A model generated the notes under the pieces. The model did no database searches and had not been told where the DNA came from. It saw only the letters and a list, made by a program, of their open reading frames with translations. Made by a program: the position numbers and the translations under genes. From an uncultured Syntrophobacterales bacterium (lineage in GTDB: Bacteria; Desulfobacterota; Syntrophia; Syntrophales; UBA5619): DNA of 64,000 nt. The DNA is taken from NCBI GenBank assembly GCA_903928915.1, contig CAIYSL010000068.1, positions 81,005 to 145,004 of the forward strand, written 5' to 3'. Below, one piece after another: positions 26,235-34,871 of this stretch (position 1 is its first letter; every line of letters starts with the position of its first letter).

Positions 26235-26996
26235 ATGCGGTGCAAACGGTTCTGGTACGGAGTCTGGGCGCTGACGGCGCTGTGCTTCCTCTCTTCGCCG
26301 GCGGCTCTGGCAGCGGAGAAGGTCTACATCAACGGGATCGACGCCAATTTCCCCCCCTTTGCCTATGTGGACAAATCCGGTAATCCCGACGGCTTCGACG
26401 TGAAGTCCCTCGATTGGATTGCCAAGGAGATGGGGTTCAAGGTGAAGCACCAGCCGATGGACTGGGACGGCATCATCCCGAGCCTCAAGGCCAAGAAGAT
26501 CGATATCGTGGCCTCGGGAATGAGCATCACCGAGGAGCGGAAGAAACAGGTCAATTTCACCACACCCTACTGGAAGATCAAGCAGGTGCTGGTCGCCAAG
26601 AAGGATGCGAAGGTGACGGCGGAGCAGGCCCTTGCCGACGGGAACAAGATCGGCGTCCAGCGGGGCACGACCGAGGCGAAGTGGATCGAAGAGAATCTGA
26701 TCAAGAAGGCCGGGAAGAAATTCGAACTGATTCAGTATGACTCTGCGCCGCTTGCCGTCGAAGACGTTCTCAACGGTCGGATCATCGCCGCCGCGATGGA
26801 CGACGCCCCGGCGCTGGACGCCGCGAAGAAGAAACCGGTGAAGCTCCTCGGCGGGTTCGGCATGGCGGATGAATTCTTCGGGTATGCGATCCGGAAAGAG
26901 GATGCCGAATTCCTCAAGAAGGTCAACGAAGGGCTCAAGAGGCTGATGAAGTCTCCCGCCTGGGCCGAATTGAAGAAGACCTACATCGACAAATGA
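26235..26996 (+). CDS. polar amino-acid ABC transporter substrate-binding protein (family 3 SBP)
   Basis: 253 aa with a signal peptide. GIDANFPPFAYVD..G...GFDV.....IAKEMG, DGIIPSLKAKKIDIVASGMSIT.ER. Confidence 0.9.
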   Translation: MRCKRFWYGVWALTALCFLSSPAALAAEKVYINGIDANFPPFAYVDKSGNPDGFDVKSLDWIAKEMGFKVKHQPMDWDGIIPSLKAKKIDIVASGMSITEERKKQVNFTTPYWKIKQVLVAKKDAKVTAEQALADGNKIGVQRGTTEAKWIEENLIKKAGKKFELIQYDSAPLAVEDVLNGRIIAAAMDDAPALDAAKKKPVKLLGGFGMADEFFGYAIRKEDAEFLKKVNEGLKRLMKSPAWAELKKTYIDK

Positions 26997-27027
26997 CGGC
27001 GGACGGGCGGTAAGCAGTACCCCTGAT

Positions 27028-27061
27028 GACGGGAAGACCTCGGGCATGAGGCCTTCCCGTC
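27028..27061 (+). other. intra-operon stem-loop downstream of the SBP gene
   Basis: 14-bp stem (GACGGGAAGACCTC / GAGGCCTTCCCGTC, one A:C mismatch) with a 6-nt loop and no T-run. Located between the SBP and first permease genes. Confidence 0.5.
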
Positions 27062-27089
27062 TGTCGGCCCGGAAGGGAGCGCAGCGAAG

Positions 27090-27767
27090 ATGCCGGAAAG
27101 CCTGAACGCCGTGATCGACGCGCTCCCCTACCTGCTGGCGGGGTCGGCAGTGACCCTGATCGTCGTGGTCGGGGCGATGTGCCTGGGACTCTGCCTGGGG
27201 GTGCCGCTGGCCGTGGGGCAGCTCTATGGTCAGCCGGCGATCCGCCGCGCTATCGGGGTGTATGTCTGGTTCTTCCGCGGCATCCCGCTGTTGGTCCTGC
27301 TGTTCCTGTTCTACTTCGGTCTCTGCACGGCGCTGGACATCAACCTCTCCGCCTTCACCGTGGCGATCATCGTGCTCGGCCTGATCAGCTCCGCCTATCA
27401 GTCCCAGATTTTCCGCGGGGCGATCCTCTCCCTCCCGGAGGGGCAGCTCAAGGCGGCCCGGGCGCTGGGGATGAGCGATCGCCGGGCGATTGCCTCCATC
27501 ATCCTTCCCCAGGCGCTTCGGCTTTCGGTTCCCGGCTGGTCCAACGAGTATTCGATCATCCTCAAGGACTCCGCGGTCGCCTATGCCCTGGGGGTCCCCG
27601 AGATCATGGCGCGGGCCCATTTCGTGGCTACGCGGACCTACCAGCAGCTGCCGCTGTACCTCGCGGCCGGGGTGATCTTCCTGGTCCTCACCTACCTGGG
27701 AACGAAGGGGCTCCGCGTCCTGGAGGAAAAGGTCCGGATCCCGGGGTATTCCCCGCAGGGAGGATAG
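27090..27767 (+). CDS. amino-acid ABC transporter permease
   Basis: 225 aa. HisM/GlnP-type permease with the EAA-loop region (ILSLPEGQLKAARALGMS..RAIASIILPQALR). Confidence 0.9.
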   Translation: MPESLNAVIDALPYLLAGSAVTLIVVVGAMCLGLCLGVPLAVGQLYGQPAIRRAIGVYVWFFRGIPLLVLLFLFYFGLCTALDINLSAFTVAIIVLGLISSAYQSQIFRGAILSLPEGQLKAARALGMSDRRAIASIILPQALRLSVPGWSNEYSIILKDSAVAYALGVPEIMARAHFVATRTYQQLPLYLAAGVIFLVLTYLGTKGLRVLEEKVRIPGYSPQGG

Positions 27768-27774
27768 GCACGGC

Positions 27775-28533
27775 ATGACGACCCCCGTCTTACGGATCGA
27801 AAATCTGTCGAAGCGCTACGGCAGCCGGGCTGTCCTCACCGGGGCTTCGTTCAGCGTGAACAAGGGGGACTTGAAGATCCTGATCGGTCCCTCGGGCGCC
27901 GGCAAGAGCACGCTCCTGCAGTGCATCAACTTCCTCGTCCAGCCCGACGAGGGGCGCATCTGGCTGGACGGGGAAGAGGTCCGCCCCGGACACCGGCGCG
28001 CCCTCTGCACCTACCGCCAGAAGGTGGGAATGATCTTCCAGGACTTCAACCTCTTCGACCACCTGAACGCCCTGGAGAACGTCCGGATCGGCCTGGTCCG
28101 CGTGAAGGGGATCGCCAGGGACGAGGCCGGCGAGCGGGCGGTCCGGGAGCTGACGCGGGTCGGCCTCCGGGACCACCTGCAGAAATACCCGGCCCAGCTC
28201 TCGGGAGGGCAGAAGCAGCGGGTATCGATCGCCCGGGCGCTGGCAATGGACCCGAAGGTGATGCTCCTGGACGAGCCGACCTCGGCGCTCGACCCCGAAC
28301 TGATCGGGGAGGTCCACTCGGTCATCCGCGAGATGGGGCAGGGCGGCATGACGATGATCATGGCCACGCACCAGATCGGGTTTGCCCGCTCGCTCGCCAG
28401 CGAGATCATCTTCATGGAGGACGGCCGGATCGTGGAGCAGGGCGCGCCGGACAGGATCTTCTGCCATGCCGAGAACGCCCGCACGCGGGAGTTCTGCTCG
28501 AAGATCACCGAACTGTACGGGGAGACGCGCTGA
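27775..28533 (+). CDS. amino-acid ABC transporter ATP-binding protein
   Basis: Walker A GPSGAGKST, signature LSGGQKQRVSIARAL, Walker B MLLDEPTSALD. Confidence 0.95.
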   Translation: MTTPVLRIENLSKRYGSRAVLTGASFSVNKGDLKILIGPSGAGKSTLLQCINFLVQPDEGRIWLDGEEVRPGHRRALCTYRQKVGMIFQDFNLFDHLNALENVRIGLVRVKGIARDEAGERAVRELTRVGLRDHLQKYPAQLSGGQKQRVSIARALAMDPKVMLLDEPTSALDPELIGEVHSVIREMGQGGMTMIMATHQIGFARSLASEIIFMEDGRIVEQGAPDRIFCHAENARTREFCSKITELYGETR

Positions 28534-28535
28534 CG

Positions 28536-29210
28536 ATGGAGGAGTGGCTGTACATCAGCACCGAGGTGTATCCGGCCCTCCTCAAGGGGTTCTGGGTCAG
28601 CCTGGCCCTGATCGTCCCCTCCGCCCTGTTCGGGATCGCCATCGGGATCGTCTTGGGCGTGCTGAGGGTGTACGGGAGCCGGCCGGTCATGGCGGCCGCC
28701 GATGGGTTCGTGGCCCTGTTTCGGGGGATCCCCCTCGTCGTGCAGCTGTTCGTCTGGTATTTCGGGCTTCCCTACCTGAAGATCTACCTGAACCCCTTCA
28801 CCGCCGCCGTGCTGGGGTTCTCGCTCTGCGGCGGGGCCTACCACTCCGAGTACATCCGGGGCGCGCTCCTGTCGATCAAGCGGGGGCAGATGCTCGCCGC
28901 CCAGTCGCTCGGGTTCAGCACCACCCGGATGATCGTCTCGATCGTCCTGCCGCAGGCGCTCCGGCGTGCCCTCCCCGGGTGCGGCAACGAGCTCATCTAC
29001 CTGATCAAGTACTCCTCGCTGGCCTACATGATCACCTGCGTCGAGCTCACCGGGCAGGGAAAGATCCTGGCCTCGAACTCCTTCAGATACACGGAGATCT
29101 TTCTGATCATCGGGGCGTGCTACCTGGTGATGACCTCGGCGGCGGGCGTGCTCCTCGGCCGTCTGGAGGGTCGGCTCCGTCTTCCCGGTTTCGAGCAGTA
29201 TCGGGGCTGA
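28536..29210 (+). CDS. amino-acid ABC transporter permease (second)
   Basis: Real start at MEEWLYISTEVY (ATG 28536). The upstream part of the 429-aa track ORF is an out-of-frame shadow of the ATPase gene. EAA region SIKRGQMLAAQSLGFS..RMIVSIVLPQALR. Confidence 0.9.
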   Translation: MEEWLYISTEVYPALLKGFWVSLALIVPSALFGIAIGIVLGVLRVYGSRPVMAAADGFVALFRGIPLVVQLFVWYFGLPYLKIYLNPFTAAVLGFSLCGGAYHSEYIRGALLSIKRGQMLAAQSLGFSTTRMIVSIVLPQALRRALPGCGNELIYLIKYSSLAYMITCVELTGQGKILASNSFRYTEIFLIIGACYLVMTSAAGVLLGRLEGRLRLPGFEQYRG

Positions 29211-29214
29211 AGTC

Positions 29215-30600
29215 ATGCCGGAGTATTCCCCCCTCACTGCCGCAGTCCGCGCCCGCATCGCCGAGATTCCCTGCCTGCGCCTGATCGATGACCCCGAGAA
29301 GCTGGAGGACTTCAGCCGGGACGGCACTCCCGGCCTTAGTCACCGGCCGGAGATCGCCGTCGAGGCCACCGAGGCGGCGGCCGTGCAGGCGCTGCTGCGC
29401 CTGGCCAACGAACGCAGATTTCCGGTGACGCCGCGGGGGCTGGGAAGCGGGCTCGCCGGCGGGGCGCTTCCGGTCCGGGGCGGGGTCGTCCTGTCGCTGG
29501 CCCGCATGAACCGGATCATCGCCATCGAACCGCGCAACATGATCGCCGTGGTCGAGCCGGGGGTGGTGAACCTGGACCTCAAGAACGCGGTGGCTGCACA
29601 GGGGCTGTTCTATCCGCCCGATCCGGCGAGCCTGGATACCTGCTCGCTCGGCGGAAACGCCGCCACGAACGCGGGAGGACCGGCGTGCGTCAAGTACGGG
29701 ACGACGCGCGACTACATCCTGGGTCTCGAAGCCGTCCTCCCGAACGGGGAGTTGCTCGCCGCGGGCGTGCAGACCCGCAAAGGGGTCGTCGGGTACGACC
29801 TGACGCGGCTGATCGTCGGGTCTGAGGGGACCCTCGGCGTGATCACCAGGCTCATCCTCCGGCTTATCCCGCGCCCCGCCGCCGTGACGACGCTCGTGGC
29901 GCTGTTTCCGCGGCTCGTCCCCGCCATGGAGGCGGTCACGAAGATCCTGCTGAACGGCCATACGCCGTCGGCACTGGAGTTTCTCGACCGCCGCTGCCTG
30001 GAGCTGGTCGGCGATCTCCTCCCGTTCCCGGGGGTGAGGGAGGCCGGGGCGATGCTCCTGATCGAGGCGGACGGTGATCCGGAGCGGATCCAGCGGGAGA
30101 TCGAGCAGATCGGGGAGATCTGTCTGGACGGGGGCGCCGCCGATGTCCTGCTGGCCCCCGACGCACAGCGCCGCAGCCGGATGTGGGCCGTTCGGAAGGA
30201 GGTGACGCAGCGGATCGAGGAGCGATATCCGCTGGACGTGCATGAGGACGTCGTGGTTCCGCTGGGGCGGATCGCCGAGCTCGTGGCGTGCCTGCCCGAA
30301 TACGAGGCCGCCCACGGCATGGTCGTCTATTCCTTCGGCCACGCCGGCGACGGGAACATCCACCTGAACATCACGGCCGACAGCCCCGCTGCGGCCCCGC
30401 GCGTCGAAGCGGGTGTGCGCCAAATCGTCGAGAAAGTCCTTGCGATGGGCGGAACGATGTCCGGCGAGCACGGGGTCGGGATCGCCAAGCAGCGCTTCCT
30501 GCCGCTCGAACTCTCTCCGGAAAGCATCCGTCTCCAGGGGGAGATCAAGCGGCTGTTCGACCCCAACGGCATCCTGAATCCGGGGAAAGTGTTCCGGTAG
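29215..30600 (+). CDS. FAD-linked oxidase (GlcD / D-lactate dehydrogenase family)
   Basis: 461 aa. FAD_binding_4 region PVTPRGLGSGLAGGALP, C-terminal GGTMSGEHGVGIAK and FDPNGILNPGKV. ATG lies 4 nt after the permease stop. Confidence 0.9.
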   Translation: MPEYSPLTAAVRARIAEIPCLRLIDDPEKLEDFSRDGTPGLSHRPEIAVEATEAAAVQALLRLANERRFPVTPRGLGSGLAGGALPVRGGVVLSLARMNRIIAIEPRNMIAVVEPGVVNLDLKNAVAAQGLFYPPDPASLDTCSLGGNAATNAGGPACVKYGTTRDYILGLEAVLPNGELLAAGVQTRKGVVGYDLTRLIVGSEGTLGVITRLILRLIPRPAAVTTLVALFPRLVPAMEAVTKILLNGHTPSALEFLDRRCLELVGDLLPFPGVREAGAMLLIEADGDPERIQREIEQIGEICLDGGAADVLLAPDAQRRSRMWAVRKEVTQRIEERYPLDVHEDVVVPLGRIAELVACLPEYEAAHGMVVYSFGHAGDGNIHLNITADSPAAAPRVEAGVRQIVEKVLAMGGTMSGEHGVGIAKQRFLPLELSPESIRLQGEIKRLFDPNGILNPGKVFR

Positions 30601-30607
30601 AAAATGG

Positions 30608-30636
30608 TTGACAGGCGAGTCAATCCCCCGTATTCT
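30608..30636 (+). promoter_or_regulatory. sigma-70-type promoter candidate for carB
   Basis: TTGACA (30608-30613), 17-nt spacer, TATTCT (30631-30636). Confidence 0.4.
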
Positions 30637-30767
30637 CGCCCCGCCCCAAGATAGATTCCCCGCGGTCGGCAAATGATTGCCGATCACCCGCGCGGAGAGT
30701 CGTGCGGCCCGCTGCGGCGGGCGCCCATCCCCCGCTCACTGCCATACGAAAGAATGAGGAATCATCC

Positions 30768-33700
30768 ATGCCCCGACGCAACGACATCAAGAAAGTCCTG
30801 ATCATCGGCTCCGGTCCGATCATCATCGGCCAGGCCTGCGAATTCGACTATTCCGGGACGCAGGCCTGCAAGGCGCTGCGGGGCCTCGGGTACCAGATCG
30901 TCCTGGTCAACTCCAACCCGGCCACGATCATGACCGACCCCGGGATGGCGGACGCCACCTACATCGAGCCGCTGACGGTGCAGTCTCTGACCGAGATCAT
31001 CGAAAAGGAGCGGCCCGACGCCCTCCTGCCCAACCTGGGCGGGCAGACCGGCCTCAACCTCTCCTCGCAGCTTGCCAAGGCCGGTGTGCTGGCAAAATAC
31101 GGCGTTCGCATCATCGGCGTCGAAGCCGAGGCTATCGAAAAGGGCGAGGACCGGATCATTTTCAAGGAAACCATGAAACGGCTCGGGATCGACATGCCGA
31201 AGAGCGCCCCGGCCTTCAGCGTCGAGGAGGCCGAGAGGGTGGCGGCCGAAATCGGCTACCCCGTGGTCGTCCGCCCGGCCTATACCATGGGCGGTACCGG
31301 GGGCGGGTTCGTGTACAACGTCGAGGAACTCCGCGTCATCGCCAGCCGCGGCCTCTCCGCCAGCTTCGTCGGCCAGATCCTGATCGAGGAGTCGGTGCTC
31401 GGCTGGGAAGAGCTGGAGCTGGAGGTGGTGCGCGATGCCAAGAATCAGCTGATCACCGTCTGCTTCATCGAGAACGTGGATGCTATGGGGGTGCATACCG
31501 GGGACTCCTACTGCGTCGCGCCGATGCTGACGATCGACCCGAAACTGCAGGCCCGGCTGCAGGAGTATTCCTACCGCATCGTCGAGGCGATCGGGGTGAT
31601 CGGCGGCACCAACATCCAGTTCGCCCACGACCCCCGGACGGGCCGCGTCGTGATCATCGAGATCAACCCGCGCACCTCGCGGTCGTCCGCCCTCGCCTCC
31701 AAGGCGACGGGGTTCCCGATCGCCCTCGTGTCGGCCAAACTGGCCGGCGGCCTCACCCTCGACGAGATCCCCTACTGGCGCGACGGAAGCCTCGAGAAGT
31801 ATACCCCCTCGGGGGACTATGTGGTCGTGAAGTTCTCCCGCTGGGCCTTCGAGAAGTTCAAGGGGGCCGAAGACAAGCTCGGGACCCAGATGCGCGCCGT
31901 CGGCGAGGTGATGAGCATCGGCAAGACCTACAAGGAGGCCTTCCAGAAGGCCATCCGCTCGCTCGAAAACGGCCGCCACGGACTCGGGTTCGCCAAGGAC
32001 TTCAACCGCAGATCGCTGCCCGAATTGATGACGATGCTGAACGAACCCTCCAGCGAGCGACAGTGGATCATGTACGAGGCGCTCCGCAAGGGCGCCACCG
32101 TGGAAGAGCTGTTCGCCAAGACCTACATCAAACCGTGGTTCATCCAGCAGATGAAGGAATTGGTCGACCTGGAGGAGCGGATCCTGACCTTCAAAGGAAA
32201 GGCGCTCCCCGACGCCCTGCTCGTGCAGGCGAAGAGGGACGGGTTCGCCGACCGGTATCTCGGCCGTCTGCTCGGCATCGACGAGGCGCTGATCCGCGAG
32301 CAGCGCCGGAGGATCGGCATTTGCGAGGGCTGGGACGCCCTCCCCGTCAGCGGGGTGGAAAACGCGGCCTACTACTATTCCACCTACAACCGCCCCGACC
32401 GGGTCTCCTCGAGCACCCGGAGGAAGGTCATGGTGCTCGGGGGCGGGCCGAACCGCATCGGTCAGGGGATCGAATTCGACTACTGCTGCGTCCATGCCGC
32501 CTTTGCCCTGCGCGAGGCCGGCTACGAGACGATCATGGTCAACTGCAATCCCGAGACCGTCTCTACCGACTACGACACCTCCGATAAGCTGTACTTCGAA
32601 CCGTTGACCGTCGAGGACGTGCTGGCGATCTATGAAAAGGAGAAGCCCGAGGGGGTTGTCGTCCAGTTCGGGGGCCAGACGCCGCTCAACATCGCGGCCG
32701 AACTCGAGGCCGCCGGCGTGCGGATCCTCGGCACCTCGCCCGATACGATCGATCTGGCCGAGGACCGCGACCGGTTCCGCAGGATGATGGATGCAATGGG
32801 GATCGCCATGCCCGAATCGGGGATGGCGGCGAGTTTCGCCGAGGCCCGGGAGATCGCCGCGCGGATCGGGTATCCGGTGATGGTGCGGCCGTCGTTCGTC
32901 CTGGGCGGCCGGGGGATGGAGGTCGTCCATGACGACGAGATGCTGAAGCAGTACGTCAGCGCCGCCGTCGACGTGACGCCGGAGCGGCCGATCCTGATCG
33001 ACCGCTTCCTCGCCAACGCCGTCGAGGCCGAGGCCGACGCGCTCGCCGACGGCGTCGATGCCTTCGTGCCGGCCGTGATGGAACACATCGAACTGGCGGG
33101 GATCCATTCCGGCGATTCGGCCTGTGCGATACCGCCGGTCACGCTGGCTGAGCGGCACATCAAGACGATCGAGGAATACTCGCTGCGCATCGGCCGCGAG
33201 TTGAAGGTCTGCGGCGTGATGAACATCCAGTACGCGATCTGTCAGGACAAGGTGTACGTCCTGGAGGCGAACCCGCGCGCCTCGCGCACCGTGCCCTTGG
33301 TGTCGAAGGTGTGCAACGTGCCGATGGCCCGTATCGCCACCGAGCTGATGCTGGGGAAGAAGCTCACCGACCTGAACCTGCGGCCGCGGACCATCCCGCA
33401 TGTGGGCGTGAAGGAGGTCGTGCTGCCGTTCAACATGTTCCCCGAGGTCGATCCCGTCCTCGGACCGGAGATGCGCTCCACCGGCGAGGTGCTGGGCATG
33501 GCGCCGACGTTCGGCCTGGCGTACTTCAAGTCCCAGGTGGCGGCGCAGTCACCGCTGCCCCTCGAGGGCACGATCTTCATCTCGGTGAACGACGGCGACA
33601 AACCGGCCATCCTCGAGACGGCGCGGACGTTCCAGGGGCTCGGCTTCCGCATCAAGGCCACGGCCGGCACCTGCGCCTACCTCAGGCAGAACGGCGTCAA

Positions 33701-33971
33701 GGCGGAGGTGAGCTACAAGATCCACGAACTCCAGCGCCCGAACATCGTCGACGAGATCAAGAGCAACGAAATCCAGCTCGTCATCAACACCCCGATCGGC
33801 AAGCAGAGCGCCCACGACGATGCCTACATCCGCAAGACGGCCATCAAGTACCGGATCCCCTACGTCACGACTACTGCGGCCGCACACGCCTCGGTGGTGG
33901 GGATCGGGGAATACCGGTCGGGCAGGGCGGGGGTAAAATCGCTTCAGGCGTACCACCGGGACATTCGCTGA
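30768..33971 (+). CDS. carB: carbamoyl-phosphate synthase large subunit
   Basis: Start at MPRRNDIKKVLIIGSGPIIIGQACEFDYSGTQA. Duplicated ATP-grasp halves and a C-terminal MGS-like domain. 1067 aa. Confidence 0.97.
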   Translation: MPRRNDIKKVLIIGSGPIIIGQACEFDYSGTQACKALRGLGYQIVLVNSNPATIMTDPGMADATYIEPLTVQSLTEIIEKERPDALLPNLGGQTGLNLSSQLAKAGVLAKYGVRIIGVEAEAIEKGEDRIIFKETMKRLGIDMPKSAPAFSVEEAERVAAEIGYPVVVRPAYTMGGTGGGFVYNVEELRVIASRGLSASFVGQILIEESVLGWEELELEVVRDAKNQLITVCFIENVDAMGVHTGDSYCVAPMLTIDPKLQARLQEYSYRIVEAIGVIGGTNIQFAHDPRTGRVVIIEINPRTSRSSALASKATGFPIALVSAKLAGGLTLDEIPYWRDGSLEKYTPSGDYVVVKFSRWAFEKFKGAEDKLGTQMRAVGEVMSIGKTYKEAFQKAIRSLENGRHGLGFAKDFNRRSLPELMTMLNEPSSERQWIMYEALRKGATVEELFAKTYIKPWFIQQMKELVDLEERILTFKGKALPDALLVQAKRDGFADRYLGRLLGIDEALIREQRRRIGICEGWDALPVSGVENAAYYYSTYNRPDRVSSSTRRKVMVLGGGPNRIGQGIEFDYCCVHAAFALREAGYETIMVNCNPETVSTDYDTSDKLYFEPLTVEDVLAIYEKEKPEGVVVQFGGQTPLNIAAELEAAGVRILGTSPDTIDLAEDRDRFRRMMDAMGIAMPESGMAASFAEAREIAARIGYPVMVRPSFVLGGRGMEVVHDDEMLKQYVSAAVDVTPERPILIDRFLANAVEAEADALADGVDAFVPAVMEHIELAGIHSGDSACAIPPVTLAERHIKTIEEYSLRIGRELKVCGVMNIQYAICQDKVYVLEANPRASRTVPLVSKVCNVPMARIATELMLGKKLTDLNLRPRTIPHVGVKEVVLPFNMFPEVDPVLGPEMRSTGEVLGMAPTFGLAYFKSQVAAQSPLPLEGTIFISVNDGDKPAILETARTFQGLGFRIKATAGTCAYLRQNGVKAEVSYKIHELQRPNIVDEIKSNEIQLVINTPIGKQSAHDDAYIRKTAIKYRIPYVTTTAAAHASVVGIGEYRSGRAGVKSLQAYHRDIR

Positions 33972-33999
33972 ACCGTGGCCGCAGGCCGGGGAACCGTCG

Positions 34000-34347
34000 T
34001 CACCGGGATTTCCGGGTGTCGATGATGATGTTTTTCAACATCTCCCAGGCTCGTTCCGTCTGCTTCTCTTCCGCTTGCCGGCCGGTGGCCGCGGGGCGGC
34101 CGGTGGAATAGACGACGACGGGTTTCCCGTCCCTGTCCGTGATTTCCCTCCGGCCCGCACCATCGGCCTGGCCTCCTGCGGCGGCATCCTGCTCCTGGCG
34201 GAGCATCATCTGAATCGTCTGGTCGCTCACCCCGGCGTTCTTCAGGGCGATGACCTGTTCCGGGGTCAGGGCAGATGCCGAGGGTATGCTCACGAACAGG
34301 CACCCGAATCCGAGGGCCATCCAGAGGAAACGGATCAGCGCCTTCAT
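34000..34347 (-). CDS. small secreted protein of unknown function
   Basis: 115 aa from MKALIRFLWMALGFGCLFVSIPSASA (signal peptide). Its ATG overlaps the stop of the upstream receiver gene (ATGA). The rest of the 239-aa track ORF is shadow frame. Confidence 0.5.
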   Translation of the reverse strand: MKALIRFLWMALGFGCLFVSIPSASALTPEQVIALKNAGVSDQTIQMMLRQEQDAAAGGQADGAGRREITDRDGKPVVVYSTGRPAATGRQAEEKQTERAWEMLKNIIIDTRKSR

Positions 34348-34766
34348 CGCTGCCCTCCCCGGTTCTGCCCGGCGGTAGCGAAGGGCTTCTTTCGCCAGCG
34401 TTCGAGCTTGGCGAAGGCGTCGGCGGCCGCGCGCAGGATCATTTCCGTATCCATCGGCTTGGTGAAGTAATCGTCGAACCCCGCCTCCCGGCATTCTTCG
34501 ACCTCGAACAGGGCGCCCCAGCCGGTCATGGCGTAGATGATGGCCAGCGGCCGGCTCTGCCGTATCTTTCTGCACAGCTCGATCCCATTCATGCCGAACA
34601 GTTTCAGGTCCAGGACGACGACGTAGATGTCCTCCCGCTGGATGATTTCCATGGCCTCCTGGCCATTCTCCGCGACGTACGGGGCGTACCCCTCCGTCTC
34701 GAACGCCTCGGCGAGCCATTCACGAATGGCCGCCTCATCATCGACCACCAGAATTTTACGATCCAT
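34344..34766 (-). CDS. single-domain response regulator (receiver only)
   Basis: MDRKILVVDDE..., phospho-acceptor context VVVLDLKLFGMNG, and FTKP. Confidence 0.85.
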   Translation of the reverse strand: MDRKILVVDDEAAIREWLAEAFETEGYAPYVAENGQEAMEIIQREDIYVVVLDLKLFGMNGIELCRKIRQSRPLAIIYAMTGWGALFEVEECREAGFDDYFTKPMDTEMILRAAADAFAKLERWRKKPFATAGQNRGGQR

Positions 34767-34871
34767 ACGGTTCTATCCTTGCCGCGGACACTCTGCGCTC
34801 AATCGCTCAGCCTGCGGGCCGCAGTCGGCGGCGTCGCGGGCGCTGCCGGCCAGTACCGGCTCGGCCGGCCG

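Noticed and set aside
27921-28535. N-terminal 205 codons of the 429-aa ORF that ends as the second ABC permease
   Set aside because: This part overlaps the ABC ATPase gene in another frame and is Arg/Pro/Gly-rich. The permease homology begins at MEEWLY (28536), 2 nt after the ATPase stop.
30762-33401. 879-aa minus-strand ORF
   Set aside because: It lies antisense to carB, which is unmistakable. The composition is dominated by Arg/Gly/Asp/His/Pro, typical of the reverse frame of a GC3-rich gene.
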